Notes under the pieces: model-generated
The model's database searches: none
Told to the model about the DNA's origin: nothing
Seen by the model: only the letters and a program-made list of their open reading frames with translations
Made by a program: the position numbers and the translations under genes
DNA from: Sphyrna mokarran
Lineage: Eukaryota
Reading direction: 5' to 3'
Assembly: GCA_024679065.1 (NCBI GenBank)
Contig: JAGIQG010000003.1
Span: 105,586,001 to 105,650,000, forward strand
DNA: 64,000 nucleotides
Shown here: positions 36,771 to 49,195 of the stretch, in pieces
Layout: each line of letters starts with the position of its first letter
Numbering within the stretch: position 1 is the stretch's first letter

Positions 36771-37114
36771 TATCAGATCTTTTCATTGCTCATTCATCTT
36801 TTCTGACTATCCAATGACAAAAGTGTCAGTTAAATATAGATATGATGCTGCCAGCAACTCATTTGAATTGAAGCTGAAAATATTCTGTAATGACATGTGC
36901 TATAATCTTGGTAGCTATTTATATTTCCAAGCAGAGATCCCAATCAATTTACACATTTTCAGTCTATTGCTATTTTTGTGTCAGTATGACTAATTGGTTG
37001 CTCGATGAATTTGTGATAAAACAATTCAATGTTAATCTTCCTACAACATGATTTTTCTAAATAGTTCAGATCATTCAAAGACAGGCCTGAAATACACAGA
37101 AAACAATTTAGTCT

Positions 37115-38725
37115 TTCATAGAATATGGGCGTCGTTGGCTGGCCCAGTATTTATGGTCCACCCATATTTGTCCTTGAGAAGGAAACGGTGAGTCACCTTC
37201 CCAAACTGCTGCAATCCATGTGGTATAGGTACACCTACAGTGCTGTTAGGGAGGGAGTTTCAGAATTTGTGAGAAAATGGTAATATGGTGCCAAGTCAGG
37301 ATGGTGAGTGGCTTGGAGGTAAACTTGAAGCTGATGGTGTTGCCATGCACATGCTGTTTATGGCCCTCGAGGTGGTAGAGGTTGTGGGTTTGGAGGATCA
37401 AAGAAATCTTGTTGAGTTGCTAAGGAACATCTTGTAGACAGCACACACTGCAGCTAATGAATGGTGGTAGTGTAAGAAATGAATGTTTAGGGTGTGCATG
37501 AGAAGCGAGTCAAGTAGGTTGCTTTGTTCTGGATGATGTCAAGCTTCTTGAATGTTATGGTGGAGCTGAACTGTTCAGGTAAGTGGCAAGTATTCCATTA
37601 CATTCCTGATTTGTGCCATGTAGATGGTGGACAGGCTTTGGGGAGTTGGATGGTGAATTACTCTCCATAGAATTATCAACTTCTGACCTGTCTGCTCTTT
37701 TTATTTAATATGGCTGGTCCAGTTCAATTTCTGGTCAATGGTAAGCCATTATTACAGGATGTTGATAGTGGCATTCAGTGATAGTAATGCCATTGAATGT
37801 TAGGGGGAAGTGGATTTTTCTCTTTTTGAAGATGGTCATTGCCTGCCATTTGTGTGGTAAAAATGTAAATTTTCACTTGTTAGCTCAAGCCTGAATGTTG
37901 TCCAGTCTTGATGCATATGGACAAAGACTGTTAAAGTATCAGAGGAGTTGCAAGTGGTACTGAACATTATGCATTCATTAACGGGCATTTCCACTTCTGA
38001 CCATATGACGAAGGGAAGATCATTAATGAAACAGCTGAAAATGGTTGGGCCTAGGACACTACCCTGAGGAACTCTTGCAGTGACATCCTGGGACTGAGAT
38101 AATTGACCTCCAACAATCACAACCATCTTCCTTTGTGCTAGGTATCGCTCCAACCAATGCAGAGTTTTGCCCCTGGTTTCCATGGAGTCCAACTTAGCTA
38201 GGGCTCTTTGATGCCACAATTGAACAAATCATGCACTGGTGTTAAGGGCAATCACTCTTACCTCATCTCTGGATATCCATATTTGGATTAAGGCTGCAAT
38301 GAGATCAAGAACTTGGCCCTGGCTGGGCCATGTGACTACACAGATTGTGGTTGAGTACAATTTGCTGCTACTAATGACCCACCACTTCATGGATGCTCAG
38401 TTTTGAGTTACTACATCTGTTTGAAATGTACTCCATTTAGCAGAATGGTAATGCCCCACAACTCAATGGAGAGTATCCTCAATACGAAGACAGGACTTTG
38501 TTTCCACAATGACTGTGCTGTGGTCACTCCTATCAATACCATCATGGACAACTGCATCTGTAACATGTAGGTCAGTGAGCATGAGACTAAATAGTTTCTC
38601 CTTCTGTTTGTTCCCTCACCATTTGCCATAGACAAAGTATAGTAGCTATGACTCAATCAATAGTGGCACTACCAAGCCACTCATGGTGAAGGAGACCCCA
38701 CTCAGTGCATTTTGTGTCCCCGCTG
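37115..38725 (-). mobile_element. CR1-group (CR1/L2-like) LINE, degraded
   Basis: ORF 37836-38219 WHQRALAKL...WLERYLAQRKMVV...VPQGSVLGPTIFSCFINDLP. Confidence 0.85.
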
Positions 38726-38734
38726 CAAAAAAAA

Positions 38735-39150
38735 TCAGGGATAACACCAAACTGAGAGATTGTATCTACCAGGAAATATTGAACAGTCTGTGGTTCTTTT
38801 TTCTAGAAAAGAGACAGCAGATAAATGATAGAAGTCTTTGAAATTCTAAAAATGGATTGGTTTGATTGGTTAGATATAGTGAAGATAGATCTATTTATTG
38901 GAGACCACAACTAGGAACCATAAATATAACATTGTAACTAATAAATCCAATAGAGAATTCAGAAGAGACTTCTTTACTCTGAATAGTCAGAATGCGGAAC
39001 TTGCATGTATGCAGGGGTGAATGGAATGGATGTATGTCAAAGGATGTGAGATAAACACATGAAAGAGAAACGAGCAAGAGAATATGTTGAGATTGTTAAA
39101 TGAAGTAAAGCGGAAAGGGGTTGGAGCAGTTGAGTTGATATCCTATGTTA
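38735..39150 (+). mobile_element. Old CR1 3' fragment
   Basis: Decayed LFSLEKR.../TRNHKY.I/RRDFFT motifs. Confidence 0.55.
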
Positions 39151-39776
39151 CAAGAATAAATAAAATATTAGTGTTAACTTATTAATAAGCCCTGGATAAT
39201 AGGATATTCATTATCCATGCCAAATATTCAAAACACTTAATAATGAATAAACTCTTGTAAAACCATGGCAGCTCACAAGATTATATAGTAAAAATAACAA
39301 GTATGATAGATATATTTTTGGAGCTTTCTGCACTATCAGTACATTTTGTTTATATTACTATTGCAATAAATCATAAATATTTTATTCATGTGATATAACA
39401 TTGAACTAATACACTAAAATTACATTCCTAACAGAGGCAATGAAAATATAATCTAATTTTTAAAAATACATTTGATCAAATGGTTATAAGGTATCTTTGT
39501 TGTAAATCTCTACTTTGAGTGTTTACTGCTTATTTTCAAAACGTTATGGTATAATTCCCTCAATATAATTTATAGCTTTAAAAAGGGTTGCTTCTGCCAG
39601 TGGTAGCTTGGGGAAGATAAACATGGGTTTCCTATGCCTGATTTTTGAATAACCATTGGTAAAGACTTTTGGTGAAAAAATAGTGTAAGCAGCTGAACTA
39701 TCTTGAAATTTCTGTGCAATTTTTAAAGAGACAGTTTAGGTTACATTCCTCACTAATAATGTGGCAAATAAGTGAG

Positions 39777-39778
39777 AG

Positions 39779-39816
<38 letters not shown>

Positions 39817-39886
39817 GCATAGTAGGGGAGGGAGGTCGGGGAAGATGTGTGTGTTTGCGCGTAGTAGGGGAGGGAGGTCGGGGAAG
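39777..39886. repeat. (TG)n microsatellite within a two-copy tandem unit
   Basis: AGAT(GT)n-TTGCGC.TAGTAGGGGAGGGAGGTCGGGGAAGA occurs twice; the GT tract is expanded in the first copy. Confidence 0.9.
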
Positions 39887-39907
39887 AGAGAGAAGGCAAC
39901 ATTACAG

Positions 39908-40120
39908 GGAGTTGGTGATGCAGAGGTAGCATCTCTGAGCTAGTATCCAGAGGTCCAGATTTAAGTTCAAATAATAAAATCTGGAATCAAAACTAGCATT
40001 AGTAGAAGGTGACCATGAAACTATCATTGACTGTTATAATAACCCATCTGGTTCATTAATGTTCTTCAGGGAGTAAATCTGCTATCTTAACCTGCACTGA
40101 TAACTCCAAATCCACACAAT
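39908..40120 (+). mobile_element. DeuSINE-like SINE fragment
   Basis: GGTGACCATGAAACTATCATTG...AACCCATCTGGTTCATTAATGTTCTTCAGGGAG.AAATCTGC domain. Confidence 0.7.
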
Positions 40121-40679
40121 GAATTGGGAATTCTCCCATGCCTCTGCCAGCGGGTCCAATGGTGGGCTTTGGGAGAATTCAGTGGGAGGCCCAAAAAACA
40201 GTTTTATGCTGGCCTGAATGTTTTTTAGGATCTTTCACTGGGCATCAAGCATGAAATTGATTTGCACCAGCTAATGGGTTGAGTTTTTATGACAATTGAC
40301 AATGCTTTCATGGTTATTGCTGTGATGGCCTCAAAGGTCACAGGGGATCATTGGCAGACTTCCCCATGGGCTTCATGAAGTACGAGCTTCTTTATTGAGT
40401 GAGTGCAGTTTTATCCAATGAGAAACTATCATAGGGATTTTTAAATTTGCTGCTGAATCCAGACTGGTGTTGTAGATTCCACGGTGTAGATCGCCAGAGC
40501 TCTAAGCTGCAGATGCTGCCCTTCTCTTTGCTGCACACTAAAGGATGTTTGGTGTTAGAAAACTGGTATTTGGCTTAATTACTACAGTCATCATTCAACT
40601 TTTAAATCTAGATTTTTTTTTCCTATTCAAATTTTACCTAGAGTATTACTTAGGCTCTTTGGATTGCTTGCCAAATAAC

Positions 40680-41345
40680 TAGCCTTCAACTCCCCCCCCC
40701 AACTCTATCAAGACATTTCTACCTCCGTAACTTCACAGATTTCCACCCTTGCCTCAGTTCATCTGCTGCTAAAACTCTCAAACTTTGTTGCAGCCTAATA
40801 ATTTCTTCTTCTCCTGGTCATCTTCTTATCCTTTGCCTTGCATGAAATTCAATTCATCCAAACCACTCCTGCTCATATCCTGACTCCAGTCATGTCTCGT
40901 CATCCATTACCTCACATTTGTTGATCTATGCTCCCACCCTAGCAACATACCAGTTTCAAAACTCTCATCTTGTTTTCAAATTGCTCTACGGCCTCACCTT
41001 CCATCCGCCTCACATTTCTAATCTTCCACCACACCCTCTCCCCATCTGTAACCTTATCCAGTTTTACAACCTTTCGGAATCTAAATGCTCCCCCGATTCT
41101 AGTCTCTTGTACATTATTGATTTTAATTCCTCCAATATTGCTTGTTGTGTCTTCAGGTATCTAGGGCTAAAGCTCCAGAAATCCTTCCCAGCACCTCTCA
41201 CTCCTCCTTTAAAATGCTGCATAAACCCACCTCTTTTGACATTTTTATGTGATTTGGTATCAAAACATTATACTACTATGAAATGTTTTGAGACGTTTTG
41301 CTACTTTAATTGCACTATATAAAAGTGCAAACATTCTTGTTGTAA
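40680..41345 (+). mobile_element. L2 LINE 3' fragment
   Basis: SSSAAKTL...; FKTLILVFKLLYGL-like segment; L2-type tail CTATATAAAAGTGCAAACATTCTTGTTGT. Confidence 0.75.
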
Positions 41346-42097
41346 AATATGTGAATCTGGATCGTTATTGATTGGTATTAAACCAGATTGGTGCAAATAC
41401 TACATTTTTTCCCATCAGTGCGAACAGAATTTTGTTAAAAGGAATGTGTTTTTCAAAAACAGAATGAAAGGAGGGATTGGAATGTCAAATCTTAACTATT
41501 ATATTTGAGCTATTAGTTATGGTTTCTAGCAAGACGGACTGCTTGAAATTAGACAGGTAGATAATACCAGAGAATGGGACCTTGAAGATTGTGTCTTATG
41601 CTCCCAATGAAATGCAGGAATGAAATAATACATTTTCCACGTCAGTACTCAAGAGTGTTTAAATACTTACCTTGCTCAGAAGGAATGCACACATTTCAAA
41701 TGCCCAGAAGCTTGTTATATTTAATAAATGGGTGAAAACTATCATTAACATTGCAGGTGATGTGGATGAAGCAGAGGTAACCCTCAGATATCAATTTGCA
41801 AATATATTAGGAATCATAACAACTTCATAATCTATGTGATCAATATCCAAAGATTATAGAAGCAGAGTGTTTGCTTTGGATTTATAGTCTTTTTTTGCAT
41901 TTTTTAAATTACATAAATACAATGTAACAGGATGTAACAGTACTAAATTAAAAATTTTACAATTTCCTTTCAATTTTGACTTCACAAGCACAAATAAAGA
42001 CAACTTATATAGACATTTTACTTGCAATTTATCTTACCAACTGGGACCTATAATATTAGCGCAAGTTTATTTTAGAGAAGTGCTCTTGTGCAAGGGT

Positions 42098-42195
42098 CAG
42101 ATCTTTTGGCACAATGAGCAGCGTCCGTGTCTCTGAGCCGGAAGCTCCCTGTTCAAGTCCCACTGAGAAAGGTGCATTCATAACGTGGGTGCATA
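42098..42195 (+). mobile_element. tRNA-derived SINE head (family of 7050)
   Basis: TGGCACAATGAG...CTCTGAGCCGGAAGCTCCCTGTTCAAGTCCCAC...AAGGTGCATTCATAAC. Confidence 0.65.
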
Positions 42196-42452
42196 GTTTA
42201 TTAATTAATGTCACAAATAGGTTTACATTAATACTGCAGTGAAATTACTGTGAAAATCCCCGAGTTGTACATTCCAGCACTTGTTTGGATACACTGAGAG
42301 AAAAGTTAACATGACTAGCACATGTTTCGGACTGTGGGCGAAATCCAGAGCACCCAGAGGGAACCCACAAAGACATGAGGAGAATGTGCAGACTCCACAC
42401 AGTGACCCAAGCCAGGAATTGAACCCAGATGAGGCAGCAATGCTAACCACAC
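42196..42452 (-). mobile_element. V-SINE with alternative tail (as 9243-9548)
   Basis: V core plus GGGGATTTTCACAGTAATTTCACTGCAGTATTAATGTAAACCTATTTGTGAC tail. Confidence 0.85.
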
Positions 42453-42479
42453 TAAAATTGTAATGGGGTAAGCAAAATT

Positions 42480-42860
42480 AATAACAATCCAGATTCACAT
42501 ATTTTACAAGAATATTTGCACTTTTATATAATGCCATTATAGAAGTAATACATCCGAAAACTCTTCATACTAGTATAATGTTTCGATACCAAACCACATA
42601 AAAATATATTGGGTCAAAACAGGTAGATTTATGGAGGGTTTTAAAGGAGGAGTGAGAGGTGCTGGGAAGGATTTCTGGAGCTTAGGGCCTAGGTACCTAA
42701 AGACACAACAAGCAATATTGGAGGAATTGGGGGGATTCAAATCAATGATGCACAAGACACTAGAATTGCGGGAGCATTTAGCTTCCGGAAGATTGTAAAA
42801 CTGGATGAGGTTTGAGATGGGGAGAGTACAGGGTGGTGGTGGAAGGTTAGAGATGAGGGG
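42480..42860 (-). repeat. Inverted duplicate of ~41005-41370 (L2 3' end plus flank)
   Basis: ORFs 40918-41322(+) and 42570-42755(-) share SSNIACCVFRYLG.KLQKSFPAPLTPPLK; similarity runs past the L2 tail. Confidence 0.85.
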
Positions 42861-43142
42861 CAGGTGGTTAGCCCAGTCACCAGCCTGTCAGCCTCAAGCC
42901 GTAGGTGACAGGCTGGTAACTAGTTCCACAAAAATCTCGCAATGGAAACAGACAGAAATACCTGCTTTGCCTGCTTTAAATGCCATTAGGCACAGGAATG
43001 CTCTTAATCTAAGTCTTAAGCATAATACCAAATAAAAACTACTTACTTTATTCTTAAAACAATTACTCAGGCATAAAAAAAACAGTGGACATCCTACACC
43101 CAATCTACATCATCATTGTTTCCAGCAGTCAGGACCACAGTA

Positions 43143-43490
43143 TGGCGGCACAGTAGTACAGTGGTTAGCACTGCTGCTTCAGAGCTCCAGGGTCCTGGGT
43201 TCAATTCCTGGCTTGGGTCACTGTCTGTGTGGAGTTTGCACATTCTCCTCGTGTCTGCGTGGGTTTCCTCCAGGTACTCTGGCTTCCTCCCAAAGTCCAA
43301 AGATGTGTGGGTTAGGTTGATTGACCATGCTAAGAAATTGCTCATTAGTGTCTAGGGATGCGTAGGTTACAGGGATTAGTGGGTATAATATGTAGGGATA
43401 TGGGAGTAGGGCCTGGATGGTATTGTGTTTGGTGCAGACTCGATGCGTCAAAGGGCCTCTTTCTGCACTGTAGGGTTCTATGTTCTATGA
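43143..43490 (+). mobile_element. HE1-type V-SINE (well preserved)
   Basis: GGCGGCACAGTAGTACAGTGGTTAGCACTGCTGC...GGGTTCAATTCC head, V core, tail GGGTTCTATGTTCTATGA. Confidence 0.92.
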
Positions 43491-43689
43491 CCATATCATG
43501 AATGGCCCAATGCCTATTAAAGGATTTTTGTCTGATGGTTGCTGGAAGTAAGTTTCCATTAATAAAAATTAACCACCTGAGTCAAAAGGCTGGGTTTTAA
43601 TGTTCAGGAGTACATGGGTTTGGGACTGGTCAAAACTGACAGAGAACGAGTTTCAAATCTCTGATTTCCACATTTCACATTTACCTTTC

Positions 43690-45960
43690 TGAGGATCATC
43701 ACCTTGTAGTGGTGGAGAGGTTTGCGCATTCCAATGAATCCTAAAGTGATGCCATCCGGAGCACATGCTTCTGGCAGGGCTCCCCATGGTTGTCAGTCAA
43801 AGGGGAATGATCCAAGAAGTCCTCAACAGCATAACAGACAGAGGACAATAATCCCAATAGCTGCAAAGGTGGTAGAAAGATGCAATGGAAAAGGGCCCCA
43901 GTTGCCAAGCCACTGAACCTGGCCAATAACGCCAAGGCCTTGTGGAACCTGGAGGTGCATCAGGGTCCCCATACTAAATAATGTCAGGCATTAACCTCTA
44001 TCCGACAAAAATTCTGTGGTGAAGGAAAATAAGTGACAGGAGCAGGGTGGTGATAGCAGGTGATTCCACACACAGTCAGCTGATGCTTGGTGGTTTTCGG
44101 TGGTACCATTTATCCTGGCTGGAAATAAACCCTTAATGGAATCATCATCCCTACAGTTGAAACAAGAAGCTAAACTTCAGAACCTGGAATGTGAGAATGC
44201 TCATTGACAACTCTGAGTGATTGCTCAGAAAGACAAACTGCCATTGTGGTCAGGAACTTAAGATATATTGCTGGTACAATGCTGCTCTTACAGGAACATA
44301 CACCTTCTTCTGGAAAGGGAAGACAGACTGTAAACCAAGCATCCATGGATTCAGTTTGCCATAGTACCATCAACTGAAGTCTGAAATTAAGCATTGCATT
44401 TGTGACATGAAGAATAACTAGTGGGTGGAGAAGGCGTATGAGATTCAGGCCACGCCAACCAGCGTGACGTGCATAACTTCTTCAAGTCTACTAAAACGAT
44501 CTACAGATCCTGCTCGACTGGACAAAGCCCTCTTCAATCATAGGATAGCTTTCAGCTCAAGGACAATGACACCATCCAGCGGCATGGAAAGAGTACTTCA
44601 AACTGTTCTTCAACTGGCAGTCCATTATGTTGGAGGAGAGCAGTGAAGCCATCCGATGTCAATCTGCTGCGCATTGCCTTGGCAAGCACCAACCATTGAT
44701 AAGCTTAAGTAGGCTAATCAACAGATGAAAGTTGACAAAGCTTGGAGTCAGACGTTTACCATGCCAGTGATTATCAGGCCATGTCACAACTTCACAAGAT
44801 CATCCTCTACCTCTTGAATGAAGAGAACTTCTCTCAAGTTCTCAAGAATGCAACCATCATTACTTTCCACAGGAAGGGGGATAAATCTAATTGTGAAAAC
44901 TACAGGAGATGGATTTCCCTTCTATCCATTGCAAATAAGATCCTGGCTTGCATCCACCTAAACCACCTTTGTCCTGTTGTTGAAGGATTCCTTTTGGAAA
45001 CTCAGCATGACTTCTAATCCACTTAGTGTACCGCAGATATGGTCTTTCTGGCTAAACAGATTCAGGAAAAATGTCACGGGCAAACCAAGAATTGTTGTTT
45101 ACTTTACCAACCTGATAAAGACATTTGATTATTTAAATCATAATGCTTTTTGGATTGTCCTCCAATACCTTGGCTGCATGGTGAAATTTGTCACCATCCT
45201 CAGACTTCTGCATTATAGTATCAGCGCCACTGTCATGAGCGGAGGATCTGAAGTTGAATCCTTTCACATCCAGACAGGAGTTCAACTTTTCCCCCATATT
45301 TATCATAGATATCATAAAACCCTACAGTGCAAAAAGAGACCATTTGGCCCATCAAGTCTTCATCAATCACAATCCCACCCAAGGCCTATCGCCATATCCC
45401 TACACATATTATTCACTATTCCTTCTAACCTAAGCAACCTAAGCAAGGGGCAATTTTATCATGGCCAATCAACCTAACCCGTACATCTTTGGACTGTGGG
45501 AGGAAACACAGGCAGACATGGGGAGAATGTGCAAACTCCACACAGATAATGACCCAAGCCAAGAATCAAACGCAGGTCCCTGAAGCTGTGAAGCAGCAGT
45601 GCTAACCACTGTGCTACTGTGCCACCCCATTGTTAATTATTTTCATGACCATCATCGTCCACCTCATCCAAGATGACCTACCAGCCAGTGTTAGCATCCA
45701 GTTTCATTTGGATGGGATGCTTTTCAAGTTTGGTCACTTTCAGACAAAAATTAAATTGACCACCATAGACATCTATGACCTTCAGTTTGTGGATGACAGA
45801 TATGTGATGGCTCACTCTGTAAGGACATGGAAAGGAAGCTTGACTTCTTCAACACTTCCTATAAGAGGTTTGACCTTTTGTTAAACATCGCCAACGTGAA
45901 CGTTTTTTACCAATTTTCTTCAATCCAGATGAGCATCTCCTGTAGCATGTGGATGAAGTA
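43690..45960 (+). mobile_element. RTE-type LINE, degraded, including 5' region
   Basis: RTE-like 5' UTR (CACCTTGTAGTGGTGGAGAGG...); KNATIITFHRKGDKSNCENYR, ETQHDF, DLQFVDD motifs. Confidence 0.8.
45302..45628 (-). mobile_element. HE1-type V-SINE inserted in the RTE
   Basis: Head GGGGTGGCACAGTAGCACAGTGGTTAGCACTGCTGCTTCACAGC; CR1-like tail. Confidence 0.9.
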
Positions 45961-47132
45961 ACTTCAAAATTTAGCAAGCCTGACATAAATTATCCTCAAC
46001 TTCAAATGACTATAACTGATGATGATGTTAGCCTACATGTGAGCAACCCCCTTGGGAGAAGTACGTTCCTAAATGCCATTTGTTAATCACAACTAAAGAA
46101 ACATTAAGATTGGTTTTTAAATTTTTAGATCCATGGATTTCCTTGGATTCCTGGAAGTCAGTGGAAGCAGTGAAAAAAGGGCACAGTGCTAATTGAGGGG
46201 GCTGAAGCAAGGACTAAGAAAAATGTCAATAAATATTTATTATTCACAACTGTTTCCTTAATTGTTATTCAGAAAAGATTTGTTCATAGCACTTGTGCTG
46301 CGAGGTGATTTAATAATCTTTGGAGGTTTCTTCGGCACTTTGGAGGTATCATCTACAATGTGATCTGATCTGCAGTTTGCAATCTAATCTATCAAATCAG
46401 CTTTCTTAGACCAGATCTCAGATGAAAAGTAAAATCATTATCAATATCAACAGCAGAAACAAGTTTGTGGCTTTAACTCCATATGAGCGAGGGGAACATC
46501 AGAGAGCTACAGCTCACAGGGGCAATACCCAGTAACAGAGTCTTCAGGCAGAGGATAAGCTTTCCTGACATGTCATAATACAGTGTGTCACAAGGCTAAA
46601 CAACTTGAATCATTTGGTATCAATCATTTGAAGCCTTCTGGAACAAGACCTACTGCTAGCTGGGCCTATTGGCCACACCCAGCAGTGTTCATCAGCAAGG
46701 GGTTTTCCTTCCATCAATTTACAGTTAGTGTATATTCACAAAAAGCTACTTATGCAGGTGTGAACAGGATTCAAAGACTGAATCCCTGGGCTAGTGCATG
46801 TGATGGTGCACCATCAGAGCAAGTTCCTCTGAAAAGTCATTATTGCCATAGGTAACCTCCAATGGATGTGTGAAGACTGTAGGAGACAAAAGACATAACT
46901 GTGTATGTTTAAGTTATCAAAATGTCCATGATCCTATTTTATGTTGTAACATCAAGTCAATATGATCTTGTGTTGTACGTCAAGTGACTGTCTATTGTCT
47001 AATTCTATCACCACAGAGCTACCAAGCCTCACCACCTTCCCATTTCTGCTGGCCACGAATGCTGAGATTACATTGGGCTGCAGAGCTAACCCATCTTTAG
47101 TTGTTATTTGTGAGATCTGTGAAAGGTGATCT

Positions 47133-47176
47133 CTGGTTCTATGCCTCTCCCTGGTTCTATGCCTCTCCCTGGTTCT
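47133..47176. repeat. 18-bp minisatellite, about 2.4 copies
   Basis: CTGGTTCTATGCCTCTCC repeated. Confidence 0.9.
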
Positions 47177-47554
47177 GCGTTTTTTTTTCTCATAGAAAGA
47201 AAGAAGCGAATAAGTAAGAGTAATAACATGTGTCCATTTAACGTATAGACAGCATATGCTGAGGTAACTATGAGGGAAAAGCATGACATAGCAGAAGGAT
47301 GAGGATGAATGTCAGTGGTGGATGGATAGGTGGAAATGTGAGTAAGTGCGTACTTGTTTGCAAGGTAAATTGGTATGAAGAGTAAGCTGGAGAAAGCAGA
47401 GTTAAGATATTGGAGTGATACACACATCAGGGTGTGGCCTTATTTTTGACTTAGACAATTTGTCTGAGGTAAAGAAAGCACATGCTTACATCTATTTTGT
47501 GCAGCTTATTTTTCCTGCAACAGGTTGCTAGCTCTGAAATTAGAGGCTATAGCT

Positions 47555-47757
47555 CCACATCAAGCATGGCTAATCCAAAGGCCTCTGCCACTCTTATTAC
47601 ATGCCATTGACACTTCGGAAGAACTTTTAGGTTGGTTATCAATCTGTTTGGCTGCATTATGAACACACCTTCCGTGGTCATCAAGCCCTGGAGTAGGGCT
47701 TAAACCCAGATGTTCTAGCTCAGAGCCAGGGACACTAGCCACAGAGGCACAATACCT
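47555..47757 (-). mobile_element. tRNA-derived SINE (family of 7050)
   Basis: Minus strand CTCTGAGCTAGAACATCTGGGTTTAAGCCCTACTCCAGGGCTTGATGACC...GTTCATAATGCAGCCAAACAG. Confidence 0.75.
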
Positions 47758-48499
47758 CCATTGTCACCTTTGCTACCCTACTTAATTTGTTAAAGTGCTT
47801 TTGGCATTAAATCCAGAAGCATAGCATCGTGCTCCTGCTACTCAGCTACTCCATTCACTCCTATTTTGTCACAGCAACAGATTTCTTCCAGCCATTGTGA
47901 GTGAACAGGGTCTCTCTCCAGCTCCTCAAAGTCAGGGAAGCATCATTGAAGCAGAGTCCAGACATTGGTTCCCTTCCATCACTTTACCCAAGACAATGTC
48001 CACTAATCCAACTTGCCTGTTTAGGATTTTCTTTTCAATACTGCAGTGAAGATTGCTTCCTGTGGGCTGTCATCACATTGGCTGAAGCTAATTGGATGGG
48101 AAACCCAAATGTTAATGATGTGGCTACTGACAGGGTGCACAGATTTCCAGGTTTATCGTATGCATATCTAAGTAGAGAACTATGTTTGCAATATTCCTCA
48201 CCAACTAAAATTGTGACTTCTCATATTTTCAAAATTAGGATTTTTTGTTTGGGAGTCTGCATAATCTCAGCTAGTTTTTTGTAATTGGATTAAGTTTATG
48301 TTCAGCTACAGATGTTAATTTATTTTTAAATTAAGTTGGATTGTCACCTTGCTTATGATTTTAGAGATTTGTTACACATATTTATAAATTTGTTATTGTA
48401 AAGTACTGTATTTTTAATCAAGATTTTATTTAGAGAATTAATTCTTTATTATAATTCATCAAAATTATCATCATGTAGGATAAACTGATTTTGAGGGTG

Positions 48500-49195
48500 A
48501 AACTGCCCAACGTGTTAAGTCCCTGGGAACTGATGGCCTACATGCCGGAGTGTGGAGATAATGGGTGTATTGGTGAACACCTTCCAAACTTCAGTAGAAT
48601 GTGGAATGGTTCCTGTAGATTAGTAGATAGCAATTATCATTCCACAATTTTTAAGAAGGGAAGGAGAGAAAAACAGGGAACAACAGACACGTTAATCTTA
48701 CATCAGTTTAGGGAAAATGCTAGAAGTTATTATAAAGGATGCAATAAATGGACATTTGGATAATAATGAGATGATTGGGCATAGTCAACATGGATTTACG
48801 AATAGGAACTCATGCTTGATGAACCTACAAAATATTTGAAGGGATAGACAGGGTAGATACAGGTAAGATGTTTGTCCTGGTTCAGGAATCTAAAACCAAG
48901 GGACAAATTTCAAAATAGGGGTAAAGTCACTTAGAAGCAAGATGAAAGGAAATTTATTTAGTCAAAGGGTTGTGAACTGTTGGAATAGCCTACCTCAGAG
49001 TGCTTATAGGGAAACTTAATCATTAAGTATGTATAAAGCAGAGATTGACAGATTTCTAAATGCCAATGACATAAAAGGATGTGGAGATAGTGTAGGGAAA
49101 AAGACATTGAAATAAATAACCAGCCATCAACAAATTGAATGGTAGGGAAGGTTCAATGGGCTGAATGGCCTACTCCAGCTCTTATATTCCTACGT
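48500..49195 (+). mobile_element. CR1 fragment with internal deletion
   Basis: KSP..DG, FKKGRREK, SQHGF..R joined to the 3' end with GGGCTGAATGGCCTACTCC. Confidence 0.8.

Noticed and set aside
41671-41782. Minus-strand frame SPAMLMIVFTHLLNITSFWAFEMCAFLLSK ending at a strong donor
   Set aside because: No convincing acceptor upstream and no recognisable protein.
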